DNA of 64,000 nucleotides from Escherichia phage phi456: sequence record OR339795; one strand, 5' to 3'. Shown piece by piece: positions 19,269 to 33,550 of this stretch (position 1 is its first letter; each line of letters starts with the position of its first letter). The notes under the pieces were generated by a model. It saw only the letters and a program-made list of their open reading frames with translations, ran no database searches and was not told where the DNA came from. The position numbers and the translations under genes were made by a program.

Positions 19269-19591
19269 TTTTTTGCACGCCCGTATTCAACGGCTTCTTT
19301 AAGGAGTTCATTTTCCATCGTTTTTTTGCCGAGCAGGCGCTGGAGTTCTTTAATCTGCTTCATGGCAGCAGCAAGTTCAGAGGCAGGAACGACCTGCTCT
19401 CCTGCGGCCACAGCAGTAAGACTTCCCTCCTGGTATTGCTTGCGCCAGAGAAATAACTGGCTGGCTGCCACACCGTGTTGCCGGGCAACAAGGGAGACCG
19501 TCATTCCCGGTTCAAAACTCTGCTGAACAATAGCGATCTTTTCCTGTGTAGTACGCCGTCTGCGTTTCTCCGGTCCTAAGACATCAATCAT
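19226..19591 (-). CDS. insC: IS2 OrfA
   Basis: 121 aa starting [26 protein letters not shown]. Confidence 0.9.
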
Positions 19592-19831
19592 CTGCTCTCC
19601 AATGACTAGTCTAAAAACTAGTATTAAGACTATCACTTATTTAAGTGATATTGGTTGTCTGGAGATTCAGGGGGCCAGTCTAACTGGTATAACAATCGAC
19701 GATTGCTGGAAAGGCTGGGCCATATTCCTCCGGCAGAAGCAGAAAAAGCTTATTATGCTTCCATCGGAAATACTGATCTGGCAGCCTGAGTTCACAGATA
19801 AAACACTCTCCAGGAAACCCGGGGCGGTTCA

Positions 19832-20013
19832 AACTGCAGTTGCCATGTTTTACGGCAGTGAGAGCAGAGATAGCGCTGATGTCCGGCAGTGCTTTTGCCG
19901 TTACGCACCACCCCGTCAGTAGCTGAACAGGAGGGACAGCTGATAGAAACAGAAGCCACTGGAGCACCTCAAAAACACCATCATACACTAAATCAGTAAG
20001 TTGGCAGCATCAC
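19832..20013 (-). mobile_element. IS1 left-end fragment (about 180 bp) truncated by IS629
   Basis: Matches the IS1 terminus ggtgatgctgccaacttactgat... in reverse, through the insA 5' region; abuts the IS629 end. Confidence 0.8.
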
Positions 20014-20222
20014 CCAGGTGCTGGTGAGAATGAGTGCAAGGACGGCTGAAGAATATTTTTTCATACCAACACCTTCTGTAGGTTAAAAAGAGAGGAGCTT
20101 TTCCGGAGTTATATTAATAATTCATTCATCAGAGAAAACTGTTTTTTTGTTACGGCAATAATAATGAGACAATTCCTGGTAAGCCCGGTGCCGTTCTACG
20201 GTTGCACCGGGAGGGCTGGAAC

Positions 20223-20537
20223 TCAGTGCGGAGATTTTTTACCATCCTGGCGATATAAATGATCATGTGCTGTTTTGCGATCCCTGTATATGCCCATTTC
20301 TTTTTCCGTCTGTATTGCAGAACTGCGTAATAATCTGAAGGAGAACTCTTCCTGGCTGGTTGCTCTCTGTGATTTCATTTTTGCACGTTTCAGGCAGTGC
20401 TGTATCCGTCTCTGGATACAGATCCGATCATCTTCCTGCAGGTAGTTCAGCAGCAATTCCTGCCAGCGTGCAGCGGCTCTGCGCCATAATCCCCGCTGTT
20501 TGAGCTCTTCAGCTTTTTTATCAGTAATCATATTCAC
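20223..20537 (-). CDS. PerC-family transcriptional activator-like protein
   Basis: 104 aa with LWRRAAARW motif typical of PerC/Pch regulators, as recalled. Confidence 0.45.
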   Translation of the reverse strand: MNMITDKKAEELKQRGLWRRAAARWQELLLNYLQEDDRICIQRRIQHCLKRAKMKSQRATSQEEFSFRLLRSSAIQTEKEMGIYRDRKTAHDHLYRQDGKKSPH

Positions 20538-20620
20538 CTCTGCTCTGGTCGGTCATGCTTTCTTCCCGGTATGTTATAGTTATTAAGATACTTTTGTCCC
20601 TGTTCTGTTCCGGAGTGAAC

Positions 20621-21355
20621 ATGATTTTTGTCTGTTCTGTTGTACTGGCTGACAAGGCATTCACCCTGCAGTTTGCCGGGAAAATGCTGTCCCTTTCTGC
20701 AGGAGATGTGCTTCTGATTGATGATACTGATCGTGAGGATTTTCAGCCTCATGCTGCGCATATCACTGAGGTGCGGCTGGATGAAAATATCATCCGCAGA
20801 TATCTGGAGAGTTGTGGCGGCAACCGGGAGGCCGACAACACGGTTTCTTCTGGTTTCATCAGAGTGGCCTTTGCTCATCCTGCGTTGTTGCGTGACGTTA
20901 TGCATCATCTGAATTCGGGAGGATTTGTTCATCCCGGATTTTCCGAGCAGATGTTTTTTTCCTGCATTGCTGTCTTTGCATCAAAAAAAGGCTTTCTTCC
21001 TTTGTTGCTGGGCGGAATGCTTTCTGTGGCCGGGAGAGTGAGGCATATCATCTGTACTGACTTTTCACGCCAGTGGAAGCTGCGGGATGTCAGCAGTCGT
21101 TTGTATATGAGTGAAAGTCAGCTGAAAAAGAAACTGAAGGAAGAAGGATGTTCGTTCACCGGAGTGCTTCTGGATGTGAGAATGGGCTATGCACGCCGTC
21201 TGTTACAGGCCCGTCTGCCGGTCAACAGGGTGGCCGCGCAGTGTGGTTATGTAAGCACATCTTATTTTATCTGCGTGTTCAGGGAATGTTTTGGCGTCAC
21301 GCCTCACCGGATGCTGGCGCTTCAGGAGCACGGGCAGCATAAAAGTGAATGCTGA
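20621..21355 (+). CDS. AraC-family transcriptional regulator (virulence-regulator type)
   Basis: C-terminal double HTH (...VAAQCGYVSTSYFICVFRECFGVTPHRM); ATG at 20621 preceded by GGAG; the ORF from 20555 likely over-extends. Confidence 0.7.
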   Translation: MIFVCSVVLADKAFTLQFAGKMLSLSAGDVLLIDDTDREDFQPHAAHITEVRLDENIIRRYLESCGGNREADNTVSSGFIRVAFAHPALLRDVMHHLNSGGFVHPGFSEQMFFSCIAVFASKKGFLPLLLGGMLSVAGRVRHIICTDFSRQWKLRDVSSRLYMSESQLKKKLKEEGCSFTGVLLDVRMGYARRLLQARLPVNRVAAQCGYVSTSYFICVFRECFGVTPHRMLALQEHGQHKSEC

Positions 21356-21509
21356 GTTTGAATTATTCTGAAGAACGGCGGGCATTTTATGGAAACGGCA
21401 CATTTCCGTGTCTCTGTGGTCATTCCCGATTGCTGTTGACGCATCGCCACTCACCGGAAATGTGCCGGAATATTTTAATCGTTCTTCACCGTCTGTGAAG
21501 GTCCTGTGC

Positions 21510-21697
21510 TTACATTACTGAGCGGAAAATGACCTCAATTTCCTCCTGTGTAGCCTGAATCGGGTTTGTCAGACCACATGCATCCTTCAGGGCATTAGCG
21601 GCCAGAACAGGGATATCCTCTTCTCTGACGTTCAGGGCTTTCAGACCTGTCGGGATATTCACTTTTCCGGCCAGTTCCCTGATTGCAGATATACTGT

Positions 21698-21700
<3 letters not shown>
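21510..21700 (-). pseudogene. 3' fragment of an iron-containing alcohol dehydrogenase-like gene
   Basis: Minus-strand frame ...[45 protein letters not shown]-stop, cut upstream by an IS3-family end. Confidence 0.3.
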
Positions 21701-21765
<65 letters not shown>

Positions 21766-21960
21766 ACAAAACAGGTTGCCGTTGAACATTATCTTAACCA
21801 CGGCTGCTGTCTGGCGTTTACCAGCAGAGCCCTGGGTTATCCCTGCACTGATGTACTCGCTCGCTGGGTTAATGAACTTTATCCCGACAGACGACGTATA
21901 TTTACCAGTAAGGCCAACCCGGTTGCGCCCTTTGAACCAGAAGTCAAACGTCAGGCTGTC

Positions 21961-23130
21961 ATGGCACTCTGTACACGACAAGTATCAGCCAGTGAAATCG
22001 CCAGGCGTATTGGTGTCAGTCGTGCGGTATTGTATAAATGGAAAGATAAAATTATCGGCAACAGTGCTTACCAGACTATGCGTAAACATAACGAACCTTC
22101 CCTGGAGGCAGAACGCGATGCGTTGCGGGAGGAAGTCGCCCGACTGAATCAGGAAATACGCCGCCGGCAGATGGAGCTGGATATTCTGAAAAAGGCGGAG
22201 GAAATCATAAAAAAAGACCCGGGCATCAGTATCAGTCACCTGAACAACAGAGAGAAAACGAAGATCGCTGATGCCCTGAGACAAACATATCCCCTGACAG
22301 AATTACTGCATGTTCTGGGCCTTGCCCGTAGCAGTTATTTTTATCACCGGGCTGCACTGAAAGCCGGTGATAAATACGCCACGATACGTACGATGCTGAC
22401 AGATATATTTAACAGTAATTATCAGTGTTATGGCTATCGTCGCCTGCATGCGATGCTCAGGCATGAGGGGGGGCGGCTACATGAGGGGGGGCGGCTATCA
22501 GAAAAGGTTGTACGCAGACTTATGGTGGAAGAACAGCTTGTCGTCAGCCGTAACCGTCGTCGCCGCTACAGCTCATATTGCGGAGAAATCGGACCGGCTC
22601 CGGATAACCTTATCGCCAGAGATTTTAAGGCGGAGCAACCTAATCAGAAATGGCTGACAGATATCACGGAGTTCCACCTCCCTGCAGGTAAAGTCTGGCT
22701 ATCATCGGTGGTGGACTGCTTCGATGGAAAAGTTGTGAGCTGGTCTCTCAGTACACGCCCCGATGCTGAACTGGTCAACACTATGCTGGATAGCGCTGTC
22801 GAAACGTTAAATGCTGGCGAACGACCGGTGATACACAGTGACAGAGGTGGGCATTATCGCTGGTCAGGCTGGCTGGAAAGAGTGAATGCAGAAGGTCTTA
22901 TTCGCTCAATGTCCCGCAAAGGATGTTCACCTGATAATGCGGCATGCGAAGGCTTTTTCGGCAGACTGAAAACGGAAATGTATTATGGGCGTAAATGGTC
23001 GGGCATCACGCCAGAAAAGTTCATGCAGCAAGTGGATACTTACATCAGATGGTATAACGAGCGGCGTATAAAATTATCGCCGGGTGCAGTCAGCCCCAAA
23101 ATGTACCGCCAACAATGCGGGCTGGAATGA
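21961..23130 (+). CDS. IS3-family transposase, OrfA and OrfB in one frame
   Basis: 389 aa with HTH N-terminus and DDE region ...HSDRGGHY...DNAACEGFFGRLKTE; frame is open upstream to about 21799 without an ATG. Confidence 0.7.
   Translation: MALCTRQVSASEIARRIGVSRAVLYKWKDKIIGNSAYQTMRKHNEPSLEAERDALREEVARLNQEIRRRQMELDILKKAEEIIKKDPGISISHLNNREKTKIADALRQTYPLTELLHVLGLARSSYFYHRAALKAGDKYATIRTMLTDIFNSNYQCYGYRRLHAMLRHEGGRLHEGGRLSEKVVRRLMVEEQLVVSRNRRRRYSSYCGEIGPAPDNLIARDFKAEQPNQKWLTDITEFHLPAGKVWLSSVVDCFDGKVVSWSLSTRPDAELVNTMLDSAVETLNAGERPVIHSDRGGHYRWSGWLERVNAEGLIRSMSRKGCSPDNAACEGFFGRLKTEMYYGRKWSGITPEKFMQQVDTYIRWYNERRIKLSPGAVSPKMYRQQCGLE
22462..22497 (+). repeat. perfect 18-bp tandem duplication inside the transposase gene
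   Basis: catgagggggggcggcta twice, each with a G7 tract; encodes HEGGRL HEGGRL. Confidence 0.9.
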
Positions 23131-23437
23131 TAAAGCAGTCCAGGAAATCGTCCGCATCCCCAGAACGGTCAAACATCGTGGCGTTGACAGCGGGTTCCTG
23201 AGTCCGGTGAAGCGCCGGTTACTGGAAAATGTTGTGTACGTCATAACAGAAACGGAGAGAAAAACGGCGATGCAAATCAGGCGGAGAAGGGTGTATCAGC
23301 GGTTACTGAAGGTTGACCCGCTGAAGTGCATCCTGTGCGGAGGTCAGATGCGGTTTACGGGGCTGAAGCGGGGCTACCGTCTGGCAGAGCTGGTCATGAT
23401 GCATGAGCCACTGGCACGACAGCGGGTATACAGCTGA
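23084..23437 (+). CDS. hypothetical protein, possible transposase-associated fragment
   Basis: 117-aa ORF with CILCGG element; lies between the IS3-family transposase and IS1; no confident family. Confidence 0.25.
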   Translation: MQSAPKCTANNAGWNDKAVQEIVRIPRTVKHRGVDSGFLSPVKRRLLENVVYVITETERKTAMQIRRRRVYQRLLKVDPLKCILCGGQMRFTGLKRGYRLAELVMMHEPLARQRVYS

Positions 23438-23548
23438 GAGCCGCAGAGGGGAAGTTGCGTCCATTTTTTGAGGAATGGAGCAAAAAATCATCACAGATAT
23501 AAAAAATCAATCAATGAAAGCCATTTAATTGCCGGTAATGACTCCAAC

Positions 23549-24052
23549 TTATTGATAGTGTTTTATGTTCAGATAATGCCCGATGACTTTGTCATGCAGC
23601 TCCACCGATTTTGAGAACGACAGCGACTTCCGTCCCAGCCGTGCCAGGTGCTGCCTCAGATTCAGGTTATGCCGCTCAATTCGCTGCGTATATCGCTTGC
23701 TGATTACGTGCAGCTTTCCCTTCAGGCGGGATTCATACAGCGGCCAGCCATCCGTCATCCATATCACCACGTCAAAGGGTGACAGCAGGCTCATAAGACG
23801 CCCCAGCGTCGCCATAGTGCGTTCACCGAATACGTGCGCAACAACCGTCTTCCGGAGCCTGTCATACGCGTAAAACAGCCAGCGCTGGCGCGATTTAGCC
23901 CCGACGTATCCCCACTGTTCGTCCATTTCCACGCAGACGATGACGTCACTGCCCGGCTGTATGCGCGAGGTTACCGACTGCGGCCTGAGTTTTTTAAATG
24001 GCGGAAAATCGTGTTGAGGCCAACGCCCATAATGCGGGCTGTTGCCCGGCAT
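23549..24052 (-). CDS. insB: IS1 InsB
   Basis: 167 aa [16 protein letters not shown]... Confidence 0.9.
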   Translation of the reverse strand: MPGNSPHYGRWPQHDFPPFKKLRPQSVTSRIQPGSDVIVCVEMDEQWGYVGAKSRQRWLFYAYDRLRKTVVAHVFGERTMATLGRLMSLLSPFDVVIWMTDGWPLYESRLKGKLHVISKRYTQRIERHNLNLRQHLARLGRKSLSFSKSVELHDKVIGHYLNIKHYQ

Positions 24053-24246
24053 CCAACGCCATTCATGGCCATATCAATGATTTTCTGGTGCGTACCGGGT
24101 TGAGAAGCGGTGTAAGTGAACTGCAGTTGCCATGTTTTACGGCAGTGAGAGCAGAGATAGCGCTGATGTCCGGCAGTGCTTTTGCCGTTACGCACCACCC
24201 CGTCAGTAGCTGAACAGGAGGGACAGCTGATAGAAACAGAAGCCAC
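23971..24246 (-). CDS. insA: IS1 InsA
   Basis: 91 aa [30 protein letters not shown]... Confidence 0.9.
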   Translation of the reverse strand: MASVSISCPSCSATDGVVRNGKSTAGHQRYLCSHCRKTWQLQFTYTASQPGTHQKIIDMAMNGVGCRATARIMGVGLNTIFRHLKNSGRSR

Positions 24247-24277
24247 TGGAGCACCTCAAAAACACCATCATACACTA

Positions 24278-28000
<3,723 letters not shown>

Positions 28001-28497
28001 ACTGTTTTTTCTTTAGTGATGCATTTTTTATCAACCATACAAGCACATTATTTCATTGATACCAATCACATCAGGATGAATGTTTTTTCTCAATAGAAAT
28101 AAGTGTCTTTATTCCTTACTAATTTATTCTGGTTATTCCTCTTATCCAGACGTCTCGTGATACTCCCTGTATTTATTATAGAGTATATATATGTACTGCG
28201 TTTAAATCATGAAGACGACAACCTGTTTTACATAAATTATTCCTAAGTATTTTTCCAGAGAAGACCTAGGTATAATGATGTGCACTGTCTGGTTTTCTTA
28301 CAACTGACTTAGCGATCTGCATATCCGTGATAACGCCTGAATAAATAGGACGAGAGAACTCTTAACCAAATAATCTAACACTTTTAATCGACAGGAATTA
28401 AAAACCCGGGGAGGTTAAAAAAACACAAAAAAATGGTTGTTTATTCAACTCTGGTTACGTACCATGAGGACTGCATCCACAATGCACCGGCAATTAA
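28001..28497 (-). promoter_or_regulatory. AT-rich upstream region of the autotransporter gene
   Basis: About 500 bp AT-rich non-coding interval between the aatA start and IS1 copy 2. Confidence 0.4.
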
Positions 28498-28512
28498 GGT
28501 AATGACTCCAAC

Positions 28513-29016
28513 TTATTGATAGTGTTTTATGTTCAGATAATGCCCGATGACTTTGTCATGCAGCTCCACCGATTTTGAGAACGACAGCGACTTCCGTCCC
28601 AGCCGTGCCAGGTGCTGCCTCAGATTCAGGTTATGCCGCTCAATTCGCTGCGTATATCGCTTGCTGATTACGTGCAGCTTTCCCTTCAGGCGGGATTCAT
28701 ACAGCGGCCAGCCATCCGTCATCCATATCACCACGTCAAAGGGTGACAGCAGGCTCATAAGACGCCCCAGCGTCGCCATAGTGCGTTCACCGAATACGTG
28801 CGCAACAACCGTCTTCCGGAGACTGTCATACGCGTAAAACAGCCAGCGCTGGCGCGATTTAGCCCCGACGTATCCCCACTGTTCGTCCATTTCCGCGCAG
28901 ACGATGACGTCACTGCCCGGCTGTATGCGCGAGGTTACCGACTGCGGCCTGAGTTTTTTAAATAGCGGAAAATCGTGTTGAGGCCAACGCCCATAATGCG
29001 GGCTGTTGCCCGGCAT
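28513..29016 (-). CDS. insB: IS1 InsB
   Basis: 167 aa. Confidence 0.9.
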   Translation of the reverse strand: MPGNSPHYGRWPQHDFPLFKKLRPQSVTSRIQPGSDVIVCAEMDEQWGYVGAKSRQRWLFYAYDSLRKTVVAHVFGERTMATLGRLMSLLSPFDVVIWMTDGWPLYESRLKGKLHVISKRYTQRIERHNLNLRQHLARLGRKSLSFSKSVELHDKVIGHYLNIKHYQ

Positions 29017-29210
29017 CCAACGCCATTCATGGCCATATCAATGATTTTCTGGTGCGTACCGGGTTGAGAAGCGGTGTAAGTGAACTGCAGTTGCCATGTT
29101 TTACGGCAGTGAGAGCAGAGATAGCGCTGATGTCCGGCAGTGCTTTTGCCGTTACGCACCACCCCGTCAGTAGCTGAACAGGAGGGAGAGCTGATAGAAA
29201 CAGAAGCCAC
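28935..29210 (-). CDS. insA: IS1 InsA
   Basis: 91 aa. Confidence 0.9.
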   Translation of the reverse strand: MASVSISSPSCSATDGVVRNGKSTAGHQRYLCSHCRKTWQLQFTYTASQPGTHQKIIDMAMNGVGCRATARIMGVGLNTIFRYLKNSGRSR

Positions 29211-29265
29211 TGGAGCACCTCAAAAACACCATCATACACTAAATCAGTAAGTTGGCAGCATCACC

Positions 29266-29545
29266 GATCATCCTTAGACTCAGGGGCAAAGATTCTGTCT
29301 CAGTAAATCAGGCTCTTACCGACAAATTCCTGAGTTTACCGTCAGAACTCAGAAGATCACTGACATGGGACAGAGGAATGGAACTGGCCAGACATCTAGA
29401 ATTTACTGTCAGCACTGGCGTTAAAGTTTACTTCTGCGATCCTCAGAGTCCTTGGCAGCGGGGAACAAATGAGAATACAAATGGGCTAATTCGGCAGTAC
29501 TTTCCTAAAAAGACATGTCTTGCCCAATATACTCAACATGAACTC
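29266..29545 (+). pseudogene. IS30-family transposase 3' fragment
   Basis: Frame ...LTWDRGMELARH...TGVKVYFCDPQSPWQRGTNENTNGLIRQYFPKKT matches the IS30 transposase C-terminal region. Confidence 0.7.
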
Positions 29546-29547
29546 GT

Positions 29548-29720
29548 CATTGTGGAAAGGCCGACATCCATAGCGCTGGCTGCATCTACCACGGTGTAAT
29601 TCTGGTCAACGACCAGTTGAGCGGATTCGCGTTTAAACTCTGCGCTGAAATTTCTTTTTTTCATTATGGCACCTGTGTTGTTCTGAGGTGAGCATATCAC
29701 CTCTGTTCAGGTGGCCAAAT
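29548..29720 (-). mobile_element. IS911 left-end fragment (IRL plus OrfA N-terminus)
   Basis: Reverse complement reads tgaagtggtttactgaatttggccacctgaacagaggtgatatg... then [38 protein letters not shown]. Confidence 0.8.
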
Positions 29721-29837
29721 TCAGTAAACCACTTCAGAGGGAAACGTTCAAAAGCAACCGCCGGGAAAATGAAGGCTGAAGGGGTGATGCTGCCAACTTA
29801 CTGATTTAGTGTATGATGGTGTTTTTGAGGTGCTCCA

Positions 29838-30113
29838 GTGGCTTCTGTTTCTATCAGCTGTCCCTCCTGTTCAGCTACTGACGGGGTGGTGCGTAACGGC
29901 AAAAGCACCGCCGGACATCAGCGCTATCTCTGCTCTCACTGCCGTAAAACATGGCAACTGCAGTTCACTTACACCGCTTCTCAACCCGGTACGCACCAGA
30001 AAATCATTGATATGGCCATGAATGGCGTTGGATGCCGGGCAACAGCCCGCATTATGGGCGTTGGCCTCAACACGATTTTACGTCACTTAAAAAACTCAGG
30101 CCGCAGTCGGTAA
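29838..30113 (+). CDS. insA: IS1 InsA
   Basis: 91 aa. Confidence 0.9.
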
Positions 30114-30535
30114 CCTCGCGCATACAGCCGGGCAGTGACGTCATCGTCTGCGCGGAAATGGACGAACAGTGGGGATACGTCGGGGCTAAATCGCGCCAGC
30201 GCTGGCTGTTTTACGCGTATGACAGGCTCCGGAAGACGGTTGTTGCGCACGTATTCGGTGAACGCACTATGGCGACGCTGGGGCGTCTTATGAGCCTGCT
30301 GTCACCCTTTGACGTGGTGATATGGATGACGGATGGCTGGCCGCTGTATGAATCCCGCCTGAAGGGAAAGCTGCACGTAATCAGCAAGCGATATACGCAG
30401 CGAATTGAGCGGCATAACCTGAATCTGAGGCAGCACCTGGCACGGCTGGGACGGAAGTCGCTGTCGTTCTCAAAATCGGTGGAGCTGCATGACAAAGTCA
30501 TCGGGCATTATCTGAACATAAAACACTATCAATAA
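30032..30535 (+). CDS. insB: IS1 InsB
   Basis: 167 aa. Confidence 0.9.
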
Positions 30536-30550
30536 GTTGGAGTCATTACC

Positions 30551-30827
30551 GGCTGAAGGGCAGAAAAAAGGTTATCCGGACATGAGTCTCGATAAAGCAT
30601 GCGGTATTTATCACGGCATGCGAATTGAGCTTAAAGAACCAAATGGTAAAGCCCCGACGAAAGAGCAGATCGCCTGGATGCGCAGGCTTAGAGAGGAAGG
30701 TTACTACGTCGTTCTTGCGTATGGTGCAGAACAAGCGATAACCGCCATCCTGGAATACATAAGCCTTAAAAAGGGTGAGGCTATTGAGCATGTATTGAAC
30801 GGCGATAAGTGGTTGTATGCTGCTTAA
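30551..30827 (+). CDS. VRR-NUC-like PD-(D/E)xK nuclease domain protein, 5' end interrupted by IS1
   Basis: GYPD...IELK...KEQIAWMRRLREEGYYVVLAYGAEQAI pattern; native start ATG at 29769 separated from the body by IS1 copy 3. Confidence 0.5.
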
Positions 30828-30893
30828 AATAATAAATTAATTAGTGCATATGTGCTCTTTGATATAGCGCACATTAACATCGGGAGAATAATC

Positions 30894-31049
30894 GTGTCAT
30901 TCAAGGCTAATTATGAATCGCTGGCATCGATCATGCCGCGTAATGAACAGGAAGCAGATGCTGTAGTGGACCCGGTAATCGCTGAAATGAATGCTCGCCT
31001 GGAGGCTGAATTTGCAGCTGAGAATGAACATACCACCCAGGGCGACTAG
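30894..31049 (+). CDS. small acidic hypothetical protein
   Basis: About 51 codons from GTG at 30894 after GGGAGA; weak support. Confidence 0.25.
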   Translation: MSFKANYESLASIMPRNEQEADAVVDPVIAEMNARLEAEFAAENEHTTQGD

Positions 31050-31653
31050 GACTGTTTTTTGTGTCGGTAGCGGTCCGTCACTCACTCGTGAGGACTGTGC
31101 TGCTATAGAAAAAACTGGCTGTTCAATCATCGCGGTTAACAATTCCTGGCAGATGTTCGATGACATTTATGCCTTATACGCCGGTGATTTGTCATGGTGG
31201 AAGCAATACGGATCCACCATACCGGGAGGGAGATTCCGCAAAGTGACAGCCAACCTGGCGGCGGCGAAATCATTTTCGTTGGAGTACAGGCGATATTGTG
31301 GACCGGCGGAAGGGGTAAATAGCGGCGCGCAGGCTATCAGTCTGGCTGCTGAATCAGGGGCTGAAGTAGTGGTATTAGTCGGCTATGACTGTTCTCTGCA
31401 AAACGGCCTTCATTGGCATGGCGCGCACCCTCAAGCCCTACGGAATCCAACGCAGGTGTCTATTTCAAAATGGCAACAGCAGTTCCTGGATACCCGCAAA
31501 AAACACGCAGATTTACATATTTTGAATGCAAGTAGGAGCAGTGCAATTCAATGTTTCCCAAGAATAAATTTAGAGGCAGTGATCGCGTTATTATCGTCGG
31601 CAGTGGCCCAAGCGCCGCAAACTTTGTTGCGCCGCGCGGAGTGCCGATTATAG
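31024..31653 (+). CDS. Rossmann-like GSGPS-motif protein, paralog A (DUF115/MptE-like suspected)
   Basis: CVGSGPSL...IIAVNNSW...YAGDLSWW...GVNSGAQAISLAAESGAEVVVLVGYD; shares motif order with the next ORF. Confidence 0.45.
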   Translation: MNIPPRATRTVFCVGSGPSLTREDCAAIEKTGCSIIAVNNSWQMFDDIYALYAGDLSWWKQYGSTIPGGRFRKVTANLAAAKSFSLEYRRYCGPAEGVNSGAQAISLAAESGAEVVVLVGYDCSLQNGLHWHGAHPQALRNPTQVSISKWQQQFLDTRKKHADLHILNASRSSAIQCFPRINLEAVIALLSSAVAQAPQTLLRRAECRL

Positions 31654-32177
31654 CGGTCAATGGGGCCATCGACTGGCTGAACCGCGCTTCTTATTTTTTC
31701 ACACTTGATCCATCGCCAGACAATATGCGGCGCGTTGGTCGTGGCCGCCGTCGCCGTGGTGTTTGTTATTGCATGGCACTACCCGATGTTAAAGAACGTG
31801 AAGTCAGAGACGGCGTTCTGTGCTTCCGTCGTGTGGCTGAACGTGGCATGGAGCCAAAAAATACGAATTCTCCCGAGTGGTGGGCGTGGCGCTGGTCCGC
31901 ACATTTCGGACTTTGCGAAGATGAGAATGAAATTGCCAGCGGCAATAGTGCATATGGCGCTCTGAACCTGGCTTTCCATATCGGATTCAAACATGTCGCC
32001 CTGGTGGGCGTTGACGCTACACAAGAACCACGCGTTCACTCCGGCGGCACGCCAAAAAATCTAAGTCACCTGCCTTTGTTATTCCAGTCTGCGCGTGAAC
32101 GGATTGACGTTGTTTCATGCGGGAAAATGGGAGGTATTCCGCAGATGACTCTTAAAGAATGGCTGAAGAATACATGA
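31551..32177 (+). CDS. Rossmann-like GSGPS-motif protein, paralog B
   Basis: IIVGSGPSA...[10 protein letters not shown]...[26 protein letters not shown]; overlaps paralog A by about 100 bp in another frame. Confidence 0.45.
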   Translation: MFPKNKFRGSDRVIIVGSGPSAANFVAPRGVPIIAVNGAIDWLNRASYFFTLDPSPDNMRRVGRGRRRRGVCYCMALPDVKEREVRDGVLCFRRVAERGMEPKNTNSPEWWAWRWSAHFGLCEDENEIASGNSAYGALNLAFHIGFKHVALVGVDATQEPRVHSGGTPKNLSHLPLLFQSARERIDVVSCGKMGGIPQMTLKEWLKNT

Positions 32178-32851
32178 TGGCACCAACAATTTATCACCGT
32201 ATCGACGGTACCAAATACAGGAATATCTGGGTTGTTGGTGATCTGCATGGTTGCTACACCAGACTGATGTCCGAACTCCATCGTGTGGATTTTGACCCGG
32301 CGCAGGATTTACTGATATCGGTCGGCGACCTTATCGATCGCGGTACTGAAAATGTCGAATGTCTGGAACTATTGCAGATGCCCTGGTTCAGGGCAGTAAT
32401 GGGGAACCATGAGCGGTTGATGCTCGATGCGTTAAGTCCTGATGGCAACGTGAATAACTGGCTAATGAATGGCGGACAATGGTTCTTCATGCTGGACACT
32501 GATCAGGAAATATTAGCCAGGGCGCTGGTGGAGTTGGTAAGACGACTGCCCTATATCATTGAGTTGAACACCGGGCAAGAAACTATCGTTATAGCCCATG
32601 CCGACTATCCGGATAATGAATATCAATTCGGTAAGGAGGTGCCGCTTTTCAACGTTGTCTGGGCGCGCGAGCGTATCAGTGATTCGATGGATGATATTGG
32701 TGGCGAAATTTCGGGCGCAGATCGTTTTATCTTTGGTCACACTCCGGTGAAAAGCCCGAAGACATTCTGGAATCAGCATTATATCGACACTGGTGCCGTA
32801 TTTTGCGGAAACCTGACATTGATGAAAGTGAAAGGTGATGGTGCAGCATGA
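32159..32851 (+). CDS. ppp: serine/threonine protein phosphatase (lambda PPase/PrpA-like metallophosphoesterase)
   Basis: GDLHGC, GDLIDRG and GNHE metallophosphatase motifs; P1 carries a ppp gene, as recalled. Confidence 0.8.
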   Translation: MAEEYMMAPTIYHRIDGTKYRNIWVVGDLHGCYTRLMSELHRVDFDPAQDLLISVGDLIDRGTENVECLELLQMPWFRAVMGNHERLMLDALSPDGNVNNWLMNGGQWFFMLDTDQEILARALVELVRRLPYIIELNTGQETIVIAHADYPDNEYQFGKEVPLFNVVWARERISDSMDDIGGEISGADRFIFGHTPVKSPKTFWNQHYIDTGAVFCGNLTLMKVKGDGAA

Positions 32852-33501
32852 AGATTGCTTTAGTTCTTCGCTCTGGTGGCGACTATAACGCTTCCGATGT
32901 GCAGTGGCTGGTTAATCAACTGCCAAAAGGCTATGAAATTATTTGCCTGACAGACCTGAAGCGTTTACATGTACCTGGCGTCAAAGTTATCCCATTGATC
33001 AACCAGTGGCAAAAGTGCCGTGGCTGGTGGGCGAAAATCGAGTTGTTCCGACCGGATATAACCGATGATCTGTTCTATCTGGATTTGGACACGGTTATTG
33101 CCGGTGATATACGCCCAATCCTTGAGAATCCACCAACCAGCTTCACCATGCTTAGGGATTTTTACCATCCACAATATCGTGGTAGCGGTGCCCTGCGGAT
33201 ACCAAATAGTGTAAAAGCGCATATCTGGAGTTCATTCTGGCAAGATCCGGAAGGTTGGATTTCTCGTTGTGTCACTACTGAGTGCTGGGGTGATCAGGGG
33301 TTCTTACGGAAGGTTATGGGCGATGATACACCAGCATTTCAGGATCTGTATCCAGGATGGTTTGTAAGTTACAAGGCCGATGTTGTGGAACCTGGTTCAA
33401 AATATGCGAGCGCGCGTTACTCCAGGGGGAATGGGGCATTACCAAAGGACTGCCGAATAATTTTTTTCCACGGCAAACCGCGACCTCGCGAAGTGTCATA
33501 G
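32848..33501 (+). CDS. hypothetical protein with DxD-like motif (glycosyltransferase-like suspected)
   Basis: 217 aa; start overlaps the ppp stop (ATGA); [12 protein letters not shown] motif. Confidence 0.35.
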   Translation: MKIALVLRSGGDYNASDVQWLVNQLPKGYEIICLTDLKRLHVPGVKVIPLINQWQKCRGWWAKIELFRPDITDDLFYLDLDTVIAGDIRPILENPPTSFTMLRDFYHPQYRGSGALRIPNSVKAHIWSSFWQDPEGWISRCVTTECWGDQGFLRKVMGDDTPAFQDLYPGWFVSYKADVVEPGSKYASARYSRGNGALPKDCRIIFFHGKPRPREVS

Positions 33502-33550
33502 GATTGGCTTCCCCTTACCAGCTCGTTTTTTGAGCAAGAATCAGAATAAT

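Larger units (their letters stand above)
18352..19682 (-). mobile_element. IS2 with 5-bp target duplication ACTGG
   Basis: Ends tggatttgcccctatatttcc and ...cagggggccagtcta; ACTGG at 18347-18351 and 19683-19687; 1331 bp. Confidence 0.9.
17563..19788 (+). pseudogene. IS629-like OrfB (DDE transposase) interrupted by IS2
   Basis: OrfB frame runs to 18351, resumes after IS2 and ends ...[31 protein letters not shown]. Confidence 0.8.
17186..19831 (+). mobile_element. IS629-like IS3-family element carrying a nested IS2
   Basis: Inverted repeats tgaaccgccccggg at both ends; 2646 bp equals IS629 (1310) plus IS2 (1331) plus the 5-bp duplication. Confidence 0.85.
28498..29265 (-). mobile_element. IS1 copy 2 (768 bp), no target-site duplication
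   Basis: Canonical IS1 termini; flanking 9-mers ggcaattaa versus gatcatcct. Confidence 0.9.
29783..30550 (+). mobile_element. IS1 copy 3 with perfect 9-bp target-site duplication GGCTGAAGG
   Basis: Direct repeats at 29774-29782 and 30551-30559; simple insertion four to five codons into the VRR-NUC-like gene. Confidence 0.9.

Noticed and set aside
30537-30827. 96-aa ORF starting at 30537 as the native VRR-NUC-like gene
   Set aside because: The start lies inside the IS1 terminus; the native start is at 29769, upstream of the IS1 insertion
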